DNA of 63,972 nucleotides, counting the filler, from Octopus bimaculoides (taxonomy: Eukaryota), in the NCBI RefSeq assembly GCF_001194135.2. It is 6 parts of 6 records of this genome, joined end to end, with 100 filler letters (N's around TTAATTAATTAA, not from the genome) between each part and the next. Parts side by side here need not be neighbours in the genome. Positions count along the whole stretch, not along the records: positions 62,858 to 63,972 come from NW_026322414.1; 5 more parts are not named here. The stretch is one strand, 5' to 3'. Within the stretch, counting starts at the first letter, position 1. Every line of letters starts with the position of its first letter. Below, piece after piece: positions 63,372 to 63,972 of the stretch. The notes under the pieces are model-generated. The model made no database searches. It had not been told where the DNA came from and was given only the letters and a program-made list of their open reading frames with translations. The translations under genes and the position numbers were made by a program.

Positions 63372-63450
63372 CAGGCATGCTTTACCCTAAGTCGTTAATT
63401 GGTTCCAGGAGACACGATGTAAGTCGAAAAACGACCTAAGTCGAATTGCA
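63372..63450 (+). mobile_element. Possible Tigger/pogo-type terminal fragment
   Basis: TA|CAGGCATGCTTTACCCTAAGTCG...GGTTCC with three AAGTCG repeats after a TA microsatellite. No matching right end. Confidence 0.35.
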
Positions 63451-63539
63451 TGTCAATAGGCTAGGCCTAAACTGTTAATACCCATTCCCCAGTGCTGTAC
63501 TTTGTCTATGAATGCATTTATGATAAGACATCCATCTAT

Positions 63540-63595
<56 letters not shown>

Positions 63596-63972
63596 AGATT
63601 ACTGTTGACGGTAACCCCAACATGGCCGCAATCTAAGGATTAAATCAAGTAAAAGTTATATATATATATATATATATATATATAAGCATTAATATGACGG
63701 ATCCTCTTTGTTTCTTTTGTTGTTGTTGTTGCTTTTCTTTTTTGTAAGACAAGTATTTGATATAAGGGTGCTTTTGTAGGAATTATTTGAAAGACAAATA
63801 AATAGAAACAAAAAAGAATAGAACGAGAAAGATAAAAAGAAAACAAAAGTATGTGAATAGTTGATGGCATTGTCGGGAGAATAACAGATCGATAAACACT
63901 ATTTCGCAAATACATACATACGTACACACACATACACACATACATACGTACGTGCATAACACATACATACAT

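Overview
AT-rich, microsatellite-dense eukaryotic DNA. It is most likely a cephalopod (Octopus-type) genome, inferred from the SINE families and the simple-repeat load. It is assembled from at least six pieces joined by 100-bp artificial spacers (N44-TTAATTAATTAA-N44), so adjacency across them is uncertain. Almost all ORF-track entries are microsatellite or N-run artefacts. One host coding exon is convincing: 30115-30382 (+), resembling the C-terminal coiled-coil/tail of kinesin-2 KIF17/OSM-3. A few unassigned exon candidates exist, mostly on the minus strand. The rest is a dense record of transposable elements. DNA elements include degenerate mariner and Tc1 transposases, a palindromic fold-back mariner derivative, TA- and TTAA-flanked MITEs, a Helitron helicase relic with its 3' CTAG end and a HINE/DINE-like element. 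Retroelements include RTE, CR1 and Dong/R4 LINE relics, several tRNA-derived SINE families and a solo-LTR-like segment. The most interesting signals are minimal type-I hammerhead ribozyme folds in Penelope-type termini. One has a canonical core and lies downstream of a tRNA-like Pol III head, suggesting a ribozyme-bearing SINE split by a TAA-targeting Dong insertion. Three others have variant cores (CUGUUGA, CUGUGGA, CCGACGA). All family assignments come from motif recognition by eye; no database searches were run.
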